Source: Candidatus Marinacidobacterium sp.
GTDB lineage: Bacteria > Acidobacteriota > Vicinamibacteria > Marinacidobacterales > Marinacidobacteraceae
Direction of reading: 5' to 3'
NCBI GenBank assembly: GCA_965220965.1
Contig: OZ244852.1
Span: 1,152,001-1,216,000 of the forward strand
Length of the DNA stretch: 64,000 nucleotides
Made by a program: the position numbers and the translations under genes. Of the stretch, positions 47,996-60,800 are shown piece after piece. Position 1 is the stretch's first letter. Every line of letters begins with the position of its first letter. Under the pieces are notes generated by a model. That model made no database searches and had not been told where the DNA came from. It saw only the letters and a program-made list of their open reading frames with translations.

Positions 47996-50467
47996 CTACC
48001 GGGACTCGTCCCGGATGGCCTCCAGCCGCTCGCGGGCCACGGTGAACCGTTCGAGGATGCGGGGGATTCCGGTGTCGCCGTAGCGGGCCAGCGTCCGCGC
48101 CTCCGCCACCACGAGCGCCCGCAGGAGGTCCCCGGCGGCGGCGCGCGCCGCCGAAGGGTCGGTGCTCCCGACCTCGCCAACCCACACCGGCGATGTCTGC
48201 GCGAAGACCGAGCCGTTCATCCCCGGCCAGGCCTCCTCGCCGCCGTGCGCGCGGACGGCGACCCATCCCCCGGACGGCAGGTCGAGCGCGCCGCTCAGCT
48301 CCCGGCGGCCCGGCCCGTCGAGGCCGGCGAGCGTCTCGACGACGGTCCCGTTGACGAGGAGATCGACCTGCGCCACCGCGCCCGCCGAGGCGAGCGTCAG
48401 CTCCCAGTTGGCGGTCTCCGCAACCGGCGCGACGCCGCCCGGTCGTTCTCCGCCGAGGCGGAAGTCCAGGAGGGGCCCGGTGCTCACGAAGCTGCGTCCT
48501 GCCCGCAGCGCCTCGAGATAGGGGCCGAGGCGGAACGGTCCCGGAGCATGGACGTAGACCCGGGTCGTCCCGACCGCCATCGTCCGGTGGTAGTTAAGCA
48601 TCACGTCGGTGCCAGCGGAGGCGGCCAGCGGGATCCCGAGGTTCAGGACCCTGCCCCACAACTCGGCGGTCCCCGCCTCGCTCGTCCACAGACACGCGAT
48701 CTCCAGCGTGTCCAGATCGCCCAGCACGGCGTCCGGCACGAAGCTCACCGGGATCGCCGAGAGCCCCGCCTCGCTCCCGAAGGGGTCGGGGACGCTCACC
48801 GGATGCATGTAGGCGCTCACCCCCTGCTGGCTCCGGGCGTGCGCCAGCGCGTCCCGGTTGGGGCGATCGTCGTCGGCGTAGACCGGGTAGCCGGGCCCCC
48901 AGAACCACGGCCAGAAGGCGCTCTCGATGCCGATGAGGCCCAGATGCCCGAGGAAATGGGACCGGATCTCCTGCCCGAAGAGCACCGCCGGAACCCGGTC
49001 CACCCGACGGTCGGCGAAGAACTCGGTGTCGTTCCGTCGATGGTGCAGGTTCGCCATCAGCGGGGTCCCGAAGTCCACATCCTCGGCGGCGAGGAGGAAC
49101 TCCAGATCGCCGGGCGTCAACCGGACCGGACCGCCGTAGTTCAGGTGGAAGTGGTGGTCGGCGGAGCGGTAGCCGGCTTCGCGCGGGTCCCAGAGCGGAT
49201 CCAGCTCGAGGACCAGCTCCCGCAGCTCGCCGGCCGCGACCTCGACCGAGCCGGTCGCCACGGTGTGCGAGAACCCGTGGGCGGCGATGACGCGGACCTC
49301 GCCGCCCGGCGCCGCCGGAACCTCGACTTCCACGACGCCGGGCGAATACCAGAAGACCCGTCCGTGGGTCCCGTCGACCCGCGCGAAGGCGTCCGGATGA
49401 AACACCGGATGGCCCGCGGGATCCGTGACCGCAAGCCTCGCCGGGAGCGGGGCGGCGACGCCGCGCCTCTGCGTCGTGATCCGCACGCGCGCCAGGGGAA
49501 CGCCGAAGTCCCACGCCCGCACCGGAACCAGCTCCACCGGGCCGCCGCGCGTGCTGGCGCGCTTCAGGTGGAAGCGCTCGTCGTCATCCGCCTCGACATA
49601 GAAGACGGATCGCCCGTCGGCGGTCGGCGCCGGGGTGAGCGGCAGGCCCCGGGCGGCCACGATCTCGATCGGGTCCGGGTTCTCCGGGTCCACCAGCAGC
49701 AGCCGGTATCCGTCGCGCCCGTCCCCGGCGGGCCAGTTCACCGCGATCGTGGCGCCCGAGGGGTGGGCGCCGGGGCGCGCCTGCGATGCGATGGACTCGG
49801 TCCTCAGCTCGCGCTCCACGCCCTCGGCGTCCCGATGGACGAGGGCGTCCGGCGAGGAGCGCCCCTTCGAGAGGTAGGCGACGCCCCCGCCGGCGAGCGG
49901 CTGCGGCCGGACCTCCAGCCCGCGCCGGCTGGTGATCCGCGCGGGCTCGCCCGAGCGCGCTTCCAGCCGCCAGATGTCGAGATCCCCTTCGGAGGCGGCG
50001 CTGAAGTAGAGGTCCTCGCCGTCCGGAGACCACGCCGGATCGAGGACGATGGCGTCGTCCCGGAACAGCAGCGACTCCTCGCCGGAAGCGAGGTCGAGCG
50101 ACCAGAGCGCGAGCGTCGCCGAGTCGTCGCGGAGGAAGGCCAGCGCGCTCCCATCCGGCTTCCAGGTCGGCCGGGAGTCCAGCGCCGGGGAGTCCGTCAA
50201 CCGCGTGGCAACGCCGGTCTCGAGGTCGAGCAGCCAGAGCCAGCCGCGCGCGGCGAAGGCGACGCTCGCCCCATCGGGAGACGGCGCCGGGTCGGTGGGG
50301 CCGAAGGCGCTGATCGGAAGCTCGAAGCCCTCGACGTAGACGTGGTGCGAGTAGCCCTCGAGGCGGGCGTAGCGGTTCGTCCACTGGGCCGACGCCGCCG
50401 AGGAAAACAAGGCGGCCAGCAACAGCGCGACCGCGAAGCGGTTCGTGAAGGAGCCTGTGGCGCGCAT
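47996..50467 (-). CDS. CehA/McbA-like (PHP-fold) metallohydrolase with N-terminal PD40/TolB-like propeller
   Basis: Signal peptide, SPDG/WSPDG repeats, ADHHFH, GQEIR...GHLG, YMHP, AGTD and GRSFVSTGP; GGAGG upstream of ATG 50467. Confidence 0.75.
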   Translation of the reverse strand: MRATGSFTNRFAVALLLAALFSSAASAQWTNRYARLEGYSHHVYVEGFELPISAFGPTDPAPSPDGASVAFAARGWLWLLDLETGVATRLTDSPALDSRPTWKPDGSALAFLRDDSATLALWSLDLASGEESLLFRDDAIVLDPAWSPDGEDLYFSAASEGDLDIWRLEARSGEPARITSRRGLEVRPQPLAGGGVAYLSKGRSSPDALVHRDAEGVERELRTESIASQARPGAHPSGATIAVNWPAGDGRDGYRLLLVDPENPDPIEIVAARGLPLTPAPTADGRSVFYVEADDDERFHLKRASTRGGPVELVPVRAWDFGVPLARVRITTQRRGVAAPLPARLAVTDPAGHPVFHPDAFARVDGTHGRVFWYSPGVVEVEVPAAPGGEVRVIAAHGFSHTVATGSVEVAAGELRELVLELDPLWDPREAGYRSADHHFHLNYGGPVRLTPGDLEFLLAAEDVDFGTPLMANLHHRRNDTEFFADRRVDRVPAVLFGQEIRSHFLGHLGLIGIESAFWPWFWGPGYPVYADDDRPNRDALAHARSQQGVSAYMHPVSVPDPFGSEAGLSAIPVSFVPDAVLGDLDTLEIACLWTSEAGTAELWGRVLNLGIPLAASAGTDVMLNYHRTMAVGTTRVYVHAPGPFRLGPYLEALRAGRSFVSTGPLLDFRLGGERPGGVAPVAETANWELTLASAGAVAQVDLLVNGTVVETLAGLDGPGRRELSGALDLPSGGWVAVRAHGGEEAWPGMNGSVFAQTSPVWVGEVGSTDPSAARAAAGDLLRALVVAEARTLARYGDTGIPRILERFTVARERLEAIRDESR

Positions 50468-50496
50468 GGGACGACCTCCCGGGGCTGTTGAGGGCA

Positions 50497-51312
50497 TCAG
50501 AGACCGGATGCCGCGCGGAACTCCCGCGCCGGGACCCGCTGGTCAGCGACAAGGGCGTCGGTGACGAGCATGTGGCCGGGGGCGTGAGTGATGAGCCAAC
50601 GCGGCCGGGCCGCCCGGGCTGCGATCCGGGAGGTCACGCCGCAGGCCCAGAACGCCGGGACCTCTCCGGGCCGGAGCCCGCCGGCGTCCCCGAAATCGGG
50701 AGCGTCGAGGTCGCGGATGCCGAGCGCCGCCGGATCCCCGGCGTGGACCGGCGCGCCGTGGCACAGCGGAAGCGCTTCGCAGATCCGCACGACCTCGTCG
50801 AGGCGGGCTTCCGGGACAGTGCGCATCGAGACGACGAGCGGCCCGCGGAAGGGACCGGACGGGCGGCAGCGGCGGCCCGTGACGTACATGGGAACGATCC
50901 GCCCTTCCTCCTGATGGCGAAGCCGGATGCCGGCATTGACCAGCGCCGCCTCGAATCCGAAGCTGCAGCCGAGCAGGAAGGCGCTCAGGTCATCGCTCCA
51001 GTCGCTGCGGACATCGAGGCGCTCCTCCTCCCCTTCCCCGTCGCAAAAGACCCGGTAACGAGGGAGGTCGGTCCGCAGGTCCGCCCCCGGCGCCACGGAC
51101 CCGGCGGCGGAGAGAACCGGTTCGCGCGACACCTCGAGCAGCGGGCACGCCTGCGCATTCCGCGCGCAGAAGGCGCGGAAGTCGGCCTCCAGCGCCCGCG
51201 GCAGCGCCACGAGATTCGCCTGGGCGAAACCGGGCGCATGGCCCGAAGTCGTTCCGGTGAAATCCCCGGATCGGCACGCGGCCCGCAGCTCCGCCGGACT
51301 CGTCTCAGTCAT
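50497..51312 (-). CDS. DUF1445 putative hydro-lyase (D-glutamate cyclase-like)
   Basis: GFAQANLV, DLRTDLPRYRVF, GCSFGFE, FWACGVT and THAPGHMLVTD motifs; start at ATG 51312. Confidence 0.9.
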   Translation of the reverse strand: MTETSPAELRAACRSGDFTGTTSGHAPGFAQANLVALPRALEADFRAFCARNAQACPLLEVSREPVLSAAGSVAPGADLRTDLPRYRVFCDGEGEEERLDVRSDWSDDLSAFLLGCSFGFEAALVNAGIRLRHQEEGRIVPMYVTGRRCRPSGPFRGPLVVSMRTVPEARLDEVVRICEALPLCHGAPVHAGDPAALGIRDLDAPDFGDAGGLRPGEVPAFWACGVTSRIAARAARPRWLITHAPGHMLVTDALVADQRVPAREFRAASGL

Positions 51313-51809
51313 TCCGCCCGCTGGACAACGAAGAAGACGCGGCGGTCGCGCTCGCCCGCCGGAAGACGCTCCGCGATTCCCGGGCCGTCCATACCCGCGC
51401 CTGAGTCCCGAAGACTCGCCGGAGAAAACACACTCGCCGTCTTCCGCAAGCAGCCCGCTCGCCCCGCGGCCGGAGGCCATGGTTGATTCCATAAGGGAGG
51501 GTGTTGCATTCCGTTACACTCGCGCGCTAGCGGCCGGACTGTATCCGCTGAACCAATACCTGACAGACGAGGTCCAGACCTCGCCTGCAGGAAGCGGCGG
51601 CGGGTTCGGCCCTCTGAATGATCTCGATCTCTCCCCCCCAGCAAACCATGCGGTTGACCGGGACGCCGCCCCACGCGGGACAGCGCGCGGTCTCCTCCTG
51701 AGCGACGCCCTCATTGTGAATCCCATGGTTTCTCTTGCCCTGGCTCGACGCCACCCGCTGCGGTGGGCGAGGGTGAGAGCGCGAGTCGCTGCGGGGCGCA
51801 TCTCCTGAA

Positions 51810-54800
51810 GTGAGCCCGAGACTCCATAGCCCCGGACGCTTCGCGCGCGCCGCGCGCGCTGGCTGGATCGCGCTCCTTCCGCTGCTGGCGCCCGCCATCG
51901 CGCCCGCTATCCCATCCGGCCTTGACGGGTCTGCGGCGACAGCGGTCGCCGCCCAGACGCTGGTGGCCCCCGACGCCCCCGGCAGCTTCACCGCGACCGC
52001 GGGCGACACCGAGGTTTCGCTCACCTGGACGGCGCCGACGAACACCACGGTCGACAGCTTCCAGATCCGGCACAAGCTGACCTCCGCGGCCAGCTTCGGA
52101 AGCTGGAACTCTGTGGGCGGCGGCGGAACCACGACGAGCCACACCGTCACCGGTCTCCTGAACGGGATGGGCTACACGTTCGAGGTCCGGGCGGTGAACA
52201 GCGCCCACAACGGCCTCGCGGCCCTGGCGATGGCGACCCCGCAGTTGCCGGCGCCAGACCCTCCCGGGGACTTCCACGTCTACCGGGGCAACGCCAGGGC
52301 ATGGATGGACTGGGAAGCCCCGACAAATACGAGCGAGATCAACCGCTTCGAGGTCCGCTACCGGACCGCCGAGAGCTGGCCGACCCCTGCGGGGCCCTTC
52401 ACGAACTGGGAGGAGGTCTTCGGCGGCGGAGCGGCCAACAACCACGAGATCACCGGACTTACGAACGGCGTCTACTACGAAGTCGAGTTGCGGGCGGTGA
52501 ACGACACCGGAAACAGCGCAGCCGTAAGGGCATACGTGACTCCCATCGCCGGCGGCCAGCGGACCACCCGGCCGGACATCACCGCGCTGACGCCGGGAAA
52601 CCAGCAACTGACCCTCTCGTGGAGCTGGACGGACGACACCGGAGGGCTCTGCGTCGCCGGCCCAGGGGAAATTTTCGGCTGGGAGATCGAGTACCGGAAA
52701 ACCGGATTGGCGTGGCAACCCACCTGGTTGGAGATGACGAATACCGCGGATGCGGGGGTCTTCAGCATCTACGGCATGGCCAGCCTGAGGACCTTCGTGC
52801 TGGGCCCTTCGTCGAGTGGCCAATATGCCCATGAGATCGGGGTCGCTCTGGATCCGGTGGAGTATCAGGTGCGGATGGCGGCGGTGGCCTCCGCCTGCGA
52901 AGACCTACCCAACTTCAACAACAGCGCGCACTCCGCCACCTGGTCCACGACCCTGGCGGCGGCCCCCGACGCGCCCACCGGCCTCACCGCAACAGCCGGA
53001 GACACCACCGTCTCGCTGAGCTGGGCGCCTCCCACGAACGTCACCAACATCACCCGCTTCGAGCTTCGCTACGGCGCCGCGGGAAACCTCGGGAACTGGA
53101 GCACGGTCTCGGGCGGGGGAGCCGCCAACAGCGAGATCGTCACCGGGCTCACGAACGGAACCCTCTACACCTTCGAGGTGCGGGCGGTGAACCCCGCCGG
53201 AGAAGGCCCTGCGGCCACGACGACCGCGACGCCGACGCCGCCGCCGCCCGATGCGCCGGGTCTGAGCGCGACGCCGGGCGACACGAAAGTGACGCTGAAC
53301 TGGACGGCGCCGACGAACACGACGGACATCGACAAGTACCAGTTCCAGTACCGGACGAGCCCGAGCGGGGCGTGGGTCACCTGGGCGGACGTGGCTGGCG
53401 GCGGGACGGCGTCGAGCCAGGAGGTGACCGGGCTGACGAACGGGACGGCCTACGACTTCGAGGTGCGGGCGGTGAACGCCGGGGGCAACGGTGCGGCCGC
53501 CCAGGTGACGGCGACGCCGAACCCGCCGATCCCCGAGGCTCCGGGTCTGAGCGCGACGCCGGACGACACGAAGGTGACGCTGAACTGGACGGCGCCGACG
53601 AACACGACGAACATCGACAAGTACCAGTTCCAGTACCGGACGAGCCCGAGCGGGGCATGGGTCACCTGGGCGGACGTGGCTGGCGGCGGGACGGCGTCGA
53701 GCCAGGAGGTCACCGGGCTGACGAACGGGACGGCCTACGACTTCGAGGTGCGGGCGGTGAACGCCGGGGGCAACGGTGCGGCCGCCCAGGTGACGGCGAC
53801 CCCGAACCCGCCGCTGCCCGAGGCGCCGGGTCTGTCTGCGACGCCGGACGACACGAAGGTGACGCTGAACTGGACGGCGCCGACGAACACGACGAACATC
53901 GACAAGTACCAGTTCCAGTACCGGACGAGCCCGAGCGGGGCGTGGGTCACCTGGGCGGACGTGGCTGGCGGCGGGACCGCGTCGAGCCAGGAGGTCACCG
54001 GGCTGACGAACGGGACCGCCTACGACTTCGAGGTGCGGGCGGTGAACAGCGGGGGCAACGGTGCGGCCGCCCAGGTGACCGCGACCCCGAACCCGCCGCT
54101 GCCCGAGGCGCCGGGTCTCACGGCGACGCCGGACGACACGAAGGTGACGCTGAACTGGACGGCGCCGACGAACACGACGAACATCGACAAGTACCAGTTC
54201 CAGTACCGGACGAGCCCGAGCGGGGCGTGGGTCACCTGGGCGGACGTGGCGGGCGGCGGAACGGCGTCGAGCCAGGAGGTCACCGGGCTGACGAACGGGA
54301 CCGCCTACGACTTCGAGGTGCGGGCGGTGAACAGCGGGGGCAACGGTGCGGCCGCCCAGGTGACGGCGACCCCGAACCCGCCGCTGCCCGAGGCGCCGGG
54401 TCTCACGGCGACGCCGGACGACACGAAGGTGACGCTGAACTGGACGGCGCCGACGAACACGACGAACATCGACAAGTACCAGTTCCAGTACCGGACGAGC
54501 CCGAGCGGGGCGTGGATCACCTGGGCGGACGTGGCGGGCGGCGGGACGGCGTCCACCCAGGAGGTGACCGGGCTGACGAACGGGACCGCCTACGACTTCG
54601 AGGTGCGGGCGGTGAACAGCGGGGGCAACGGGGCGGCCGCCCAGGTGACGGCGACCCCGAACCCGCCCGCGCCCGAGGCGCCGGGTCTCACGGCGACGCC
54701 GGACGACACGAAGGTGACGCTGAACTGGACGGCGCCGACGAACACGACGAACATCGACAAATACCAGTTCCAGTACCGGACGAGCCCGAGCGGGGCGTGG

Positions 54801-57800
54801 GTCACCTGGGCGGACGTGGCGGGCGGCGGGACGGCGTCCACCCAGGAGGTCACCGGGCTGACGAACGGGACGGCCTACGACTTCGAGGTGCGGGCGGTGA
54901 ACGCCGGGGGCAACGGGGCGGCCGCCCAGGTGACGGCGACGCCGAACCCGCCGCTGCCCGAGGCGCCGGGTCTGAGCGCGACGCCGGACGACACGAAGGT
55001 GACGCTGAACTGGACGGCGCCGACGAACACGACGAACATCGACAAGTACCAGTTCCAGTACCGGACGAGCCCGAGCGGGGCGTGGGTCACCTGGGCGGAC
55101 GTGGCTGGCGGCGGAACGGCGTCCACCCAGGAGGTCACCGGGCTGACGAACGGGACCGCCTACGACTTCGAGGTGCGGGCGGTGAACAGCGGGGGCAACG
55201 GTGCGGCCGCCCAGGTGACGGCGACCCCGAACCCGCCGCTGCCCGAGGCGCCGGGTCTGAGCGCGACGCCGGGCGACACGAAGGTGACGCTGAACTGGAC
55301 GGCGCCGACGAACACGACGAACATCGACAAGTACCAGTTCCAGTACCGGACGAGCCCGAGCGGGGCGTGGATCACCTGGGCGGACGTGGCTGGCGGCGGA
55401 ACGGCGTCCACCCAGGAGGTCACCGGGCTGACGAACGGGACGGCCTACGACTTCGAGGTCCGGGCGGTGAACGCCGGGGGCAACGGGGCGGCCGCCCAGG
55501 TGACGGCGACCCCGAACCCGCCCGCGCCCGAGGCGCCGGGTCTCACGGCGACGCCGGACGACACGAAGGTGACGCTGAACTGGACGGCGCCGACGAACAC
55601 GACGAACATCGACAAGTACCAGTTCCAGTACCGGACGAGCCCGAGCGGGGCGTGGGTCACCTGGGCGGACGTGGCTGGCGGCGGGACGGCGTCGAGCCAG
55701 GAGGTGACCGGGCTGACGAACGGGACCGCCTACGACTTCGAGGTGCGGGCGGTGAACAGCGGGGGCAACGGTGCGGCCGCGCAGGTGACCGCGACCCCGA
55801 ACCCGCCGCTGCCCGAGGCGCCGGGTCTCACGGCGACGCCGGACGACACGAAGGTGACGCTGAACTGGACGGCGCCGACGAACACGACGAACATCGACAA
55901 GTACCAGTTCCAGTACCGGACGAGCCCGAGCGGGGCGTGGGTCACCTGGGCGGACGTGGCGGGCGGCGGAACGGCGTCGAGCCAGGAGGTCACCGGACTG
56001 ACGAACGGGACGGCCTACGACTTCGAGGTCCGGGCGGTGAACGCCGGGGGCAACGGTGCGGCCGCCCAGGTGACGGCGACCCCGAACCCGCCGCTGCCCG
56101 AGGCGCCGGGTCTGTCTGCGACGCCGGACGACACGAAGGTGACGCTGAACTGGACGGCGCCGACGAACACGACGAACATCGACAAGTACCAGTTCCAGTA
56201 CCGGACGAGCCCGAGCGGGGCGTGGGTCACCTGGGCGGACGTGGCTGGCGGCGGGACGGCGTCGAGCCAGGAGGTGACCGGGCTGACGAACGGGACCGCC
56301 TACGACTTCGAGGTGCGGGCGGTGAACGCCGGGGGCAACGGGGCGGCCGCCCAGGTGACGGCGACCCCGAACCCGCCGCTGCCCGAGGCGCCGGGTCTCA
56401 CGGCGACGCCGGGCGACACGAAGGTGACGCTGAACTGGACGGCGCCGACGAACACGACGAACATCGACAAGTATCAGTTCCAGTACCGGACGAGCCCGAG
56501 CGGGGCGTGGGTCACCTGGGCGGACGTGGCGGGCGGCGGGACGGCGTCGAGCCAGGAGGTGACCGGGCTGACGAACGGGACGGCCTACGACTTCGAGGTC
56601 CGGGCGGTGAACAGCGGGGGCAACGGTGCGGCCGCCCAGGTGACGGCGACCCCGAATCCGCCGGCGCCGGATGCACCCAGCAGCTTCATTGCGACGGCGG
56701 GGGATGCCGAGGTTGCCCTGAGCTGGACGGCGCCGACGAACGCGACGATCACCGGGTTCGAGGTGCGCCACCGGGCGACGACCGGGGGGAGCTTCGGGAA
56801 CTGGGATCCGGCGGGCGGGGCCACGGCCACCAGCCACACGGTGACGGGGCTGGCGAACGGGACGGACTACACGTTCGAGTTGCGGGCGGTGAACGCCGGC
56901 GTGGAGGGTCTCGCCGCCACCGCGACCGCGACGCCCCTCCTCCCCGCGCCGCGGTTCTTCTACGCGACGGGGGGAGACACCCTAGTCGTGCTGAACTGGG
57001 GGGCGCCGGTTACCACCAGTCCGATCACGGGCTACGAATACCGCTACCGGAAGAGTTCAGCGACGATCGAGGGAACGTGGACCACGGTGCCGGGCGGAGC
57101 CTCCGTCAGCACGGAGCTCGTCAGAGGCCTGGAGAACGATACGGAATACACGTTCGATCTACGCGCCGTGAACGGGGCTTTCGCCACGGATAGGACCGAG
57201 CCAGGACTGGCGACGCCGGCCCCTCCGGACAACTTCACCGCGACGCCGGGCGACAGTGCGGTCGGGCTGAGCTGGGCCATCCCCCCGGCGAACATCAGTC
57301 AGATCACCGGCTATCAGGTCCGCCACAAGGTGACGAACGGCGGGAGCTTCGTGCCCTGGGACCTGGTGTTCGGCGGCGCGAACGCCAGGAACACCACGAT
57401 CACCGGCCTGACGAACGGGACGAACTACACGTTCGAGGTACGGGCGCAGAACCCCGTGGAGGACGGCCTCCCAGCCACCACGACCGCGACGCCGACGCTG
57501 GGGGGGAACCAGGCGCCGACGGTGGTGGGGACCGGGATCGACGACCAGACCGTCGCGGCGGGAGCGACGAAGGCCGTGACGCTCGCCGGCGCGTTCAACG
57601 ATCCGGACGGCGACAACAACGACCTGACCTACTCGGCGGTTTCGGGCGACCCGACGAAGGCGACCGTCTCGGTCAACGGGACTTCGCTGACGATCACCGG
57701 GGTCGCGATGGGGACCGCGACGGTCACGGTGACCGCCACCGATACGGGCGGTCTGTCGGCGACCGACTCGTTCACAGTGACGGTGTCCGGGACGAACCAG

Positions 57801-60800
57801 GCGCCGACGGTGGCGAACCCGATTGCGGACCAGGCCCTTGTCGCGGGAACCACCCGTTCCGTGGGGCTTATCAGCGTGTTCAGCGATCCCGAGGGCCAGC
57901 CGCTGACGTTCGCGGCCAGTTCGGATGACCCCGCGCTGGCGACCGTGTCGGTGAGCGGGACCACGCTGACGATCAACGCGGTCGCTGCGGGGACACCGAT
58001 GGTCACCGTGACGGCGACCGATCCGGGCGGTCTGTCGGCCACCGACACATTCACGGTGACGGTCTCCGGGACGAACCAGGCGCCGACGGTGGTGGGATCC
58101 GGGATCGCGGATCAGACCGTCACCGTGGGAGCCTCGAGCGACGTGTTGCTTGCCGGCGTCTTCAGCGATCCCGAGGGCCAGCCGATGACGCTCACGGCCG
58201 TTTCGGGTGACACCGCGAAGGCGACCGTCTCGGTCAGCGGGACGACCCTGACGATCTCCGGGCTGACCGTGGGCACAGCGACCGTCACGGTGACGGCCAC
58301 CGATCCGGGCGGCCTGTTTGTCACCGACTCCTTCACGGTGACGGTCTCGCCGGCGAACCAGCCGCCGACGGTGGTGGGGACCGGGATCGACGACCAGACC
58401 GTCGCGGCGGGAGGAACGACGGACGTGACGCTCGCCGGCGCGTTCAACGATCCGGACGGCGACAACAACGACCTGACGTACTCGGCCGTTTCGGACGACC
58501 CGACGAAGGCGACGGTCTCGGTGAGCGGGACAACCCTGACGATCAACGGGGTCGCGATGGGGTCCGCGATGGTCACGGTGACCGCCACGGATCCGGGCGG
58601 CCTGTCGATCACCGACACGTTCACCGTGACGGTGTCCGGGACCAACCAGCCGCCGACCGTGGTAGGCACGGGGATCGACGACCAGACCGTCGCGGCGGGG
58701 GCGACGACGGCCGTGACGCTCGCCGGCGCGTTCAACGATCCGGACGGCGACAACAACAAGCTGACGTACTCGGCCGTTTCCGGCGCCACCGCGCAGGCGA
58801 CCGTCTCGGTAACCGGGACGACGCTGACGATCGCCGGGGTGGCGATGGGGACGGCGGTGGTCACGGTGACCGCCACCGATCCAGGCAACCTGTCGGCCAC
58901 CGACACGTTCACGGTGACGGTGTCCGGAACCAACCAGCCGCCGACGGTGGTAACCGGGATCGCGGATCAGACCGTCACCGAGAGAACGTCGGTCGACGTG
59001 GATCTCGCCGGCGTGTTCAGCGATCCGGAGAGTCAGGCGCTGACGTTCGCGGCGACTTCGAACGCCACCACGACGGCGACCGCCTCGGTAAGCGGGACGA
59101 CCCTGACCATCTCCGGGCTCACTGTGGGCACAGCGATGGTCACTGTGACCGCCACCGATCCGGGCGGCCAGTCGATCACCGACTCCCTCACGGTGACGGT
59201 CGCGGCAGTGCTCCCCGGCCCGCCGATCATTACCAACGTGTTAGGGGCCGACTGGTCGGTCAGGATGTCGTGGGACAACCCCACGAACACCAGCGAGATC
59301 ACCAGCGCCCAGTTCCGTTGGCGCGAAACCAGCTCGATGAACTGGCCCAACTGGGGGGCTAAGTTTGTTCCCCTGCCGTCCGGAAACTCCGCCTTGATCC
59401 CCCTACCGAACGGGATCAGTCACACGATCCAGTTGCGGGTATCGAACAGCGCGGGTGACGGCCCACCCGCCACCTTTAGCGGGACACCAGTGAACTCTCC
59501 GCCGGTGGTGGATAACCCGATCCCGGACCAGACGGTGACGGTGGGTGGGATGACGGACGTTGCGCTCGACGGCGTGTTCGGCGATCCCTCGGGCCTCCCG
59601 GTGACGCTCGCGGCTGTTTCGGGGGACCCCTCGAAGGCCACCGTCTCGCTGACCAAGACAACGCTGCCGCTCCGCGGAGGAGACGCGAAGCTGAGGATCA
59701 CCGGAGTGGCGGTGGGGACGGCAACGGTCGCGGTGACCGCCACCGACACTGACGGCGCGCCGGTCACCGACTCGTTCACGGTGACCGTCGAGGGCGCCCC
59801 CGAGGCGCCGGGCAGTCTGAGCGCGACGCCGGACGACACGAAGGTGACGCTGAACTGGACGGCGCCGACGAACGCGACGATCATCGACAAGTACCAGTTC
59901 CAGTACCGGACGAGCCCGAGCGGGGCGTGGATCACCTGGGCGGACGTGGCGGGCGGCGGGACGGCGTCGAGCCAGGAGGTGACCGGGCTGACGAACGGGA
60001 CCGCCTACGACTTCGAGGTCCGGGCGGTGAACGCCGCGGGCAACGGGACGGCCGCCCAGGTGACGGCGACCCCGAACCCGCCGCTGCCCGAGGCGCCGGG
60101 TCTCACGGCGACGCCGGACGACACGAAGGTGACGCTGAACTGGACGGCGCCGACGAACACGACGAACATCGACAAGTATCAGTTCCAGTACCGGACGAGC
60201 CCGAGCGGAGCGTGGATCACCTGGGCGGACGTGGCGGGCGGCGGAACGGCGTCGAGCCAGGAGGTGACCGGGCTGACGAACGGGACCGCCTACGACTTCG
60301 AGGTGCGGGCGGTGAACGCCGGGGGCAATGGTGCGGCCGCCCAGGTGACCGCGACCCCGAACCCGCCGCTGCCCGAGGCGCCGGGTCTGAGCGCGACGCC
60401 GGACGACACGAAGGTGACGCTGAACTGGACGGCGCCGACGAACACGACGAACATCGACAAGTACCAGTTCCAGTACCGGACGAGCCCGAGCGGGGCGTGG
60501 GTCACCTGGGCGGACGTGGCTGGCGGCGGAACGGCGTCCACCCAGGAGGTGACCGGGCTGACGAACGGGACGGCCTACGACTTCGAGGTGCGGGCGGTGA
60601 ACGCCGGGGGCAACGGTGCGGCCGCGCAGGTGACGGCGACCCCGAACCCGCCGCTGCCCGAGGCGCCGGGTCTCACGGCGACGCCGGACGACACGAAGGT
60701 GACGCTGAACTGGACGGCGCCGACGAACACGACGAACATCGACAAGTATCAGTTCCAGTACCGGACGAGCCCGAGCGGGGCGTGGGTCACCTGGGCGGAC

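Noticed and set aside
51641-51700. GCAAACC...GGGACGC resembling a c-di-GMP-I riboswitch upstream of the adhesin
   Set aside because: No GNRA tetraloop, no AAAG after GACGC, and no convincing P1/P3 stems. An Rfam covariance search would settle it.
52905-57193. Very long track ORFs 52905..56837 (-, 1310 aa) and 53372..57193 (+, 1273 aa), and the many 71-87 aa minus-strand ORFs
   Set aside because: Shadow frames of the repetitive FN3 gene. They are Arg/Gly-rich or antisense translations with no independent motifs.
56585-60005. The two FN3 blocks are exactly in phase (separation 3420 = 12 x 285 bp)
   Set aside because: The intervening domains are each ~95 aa and the frame must be preserved, so coincidence is plausible. 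No mechanism is evident.
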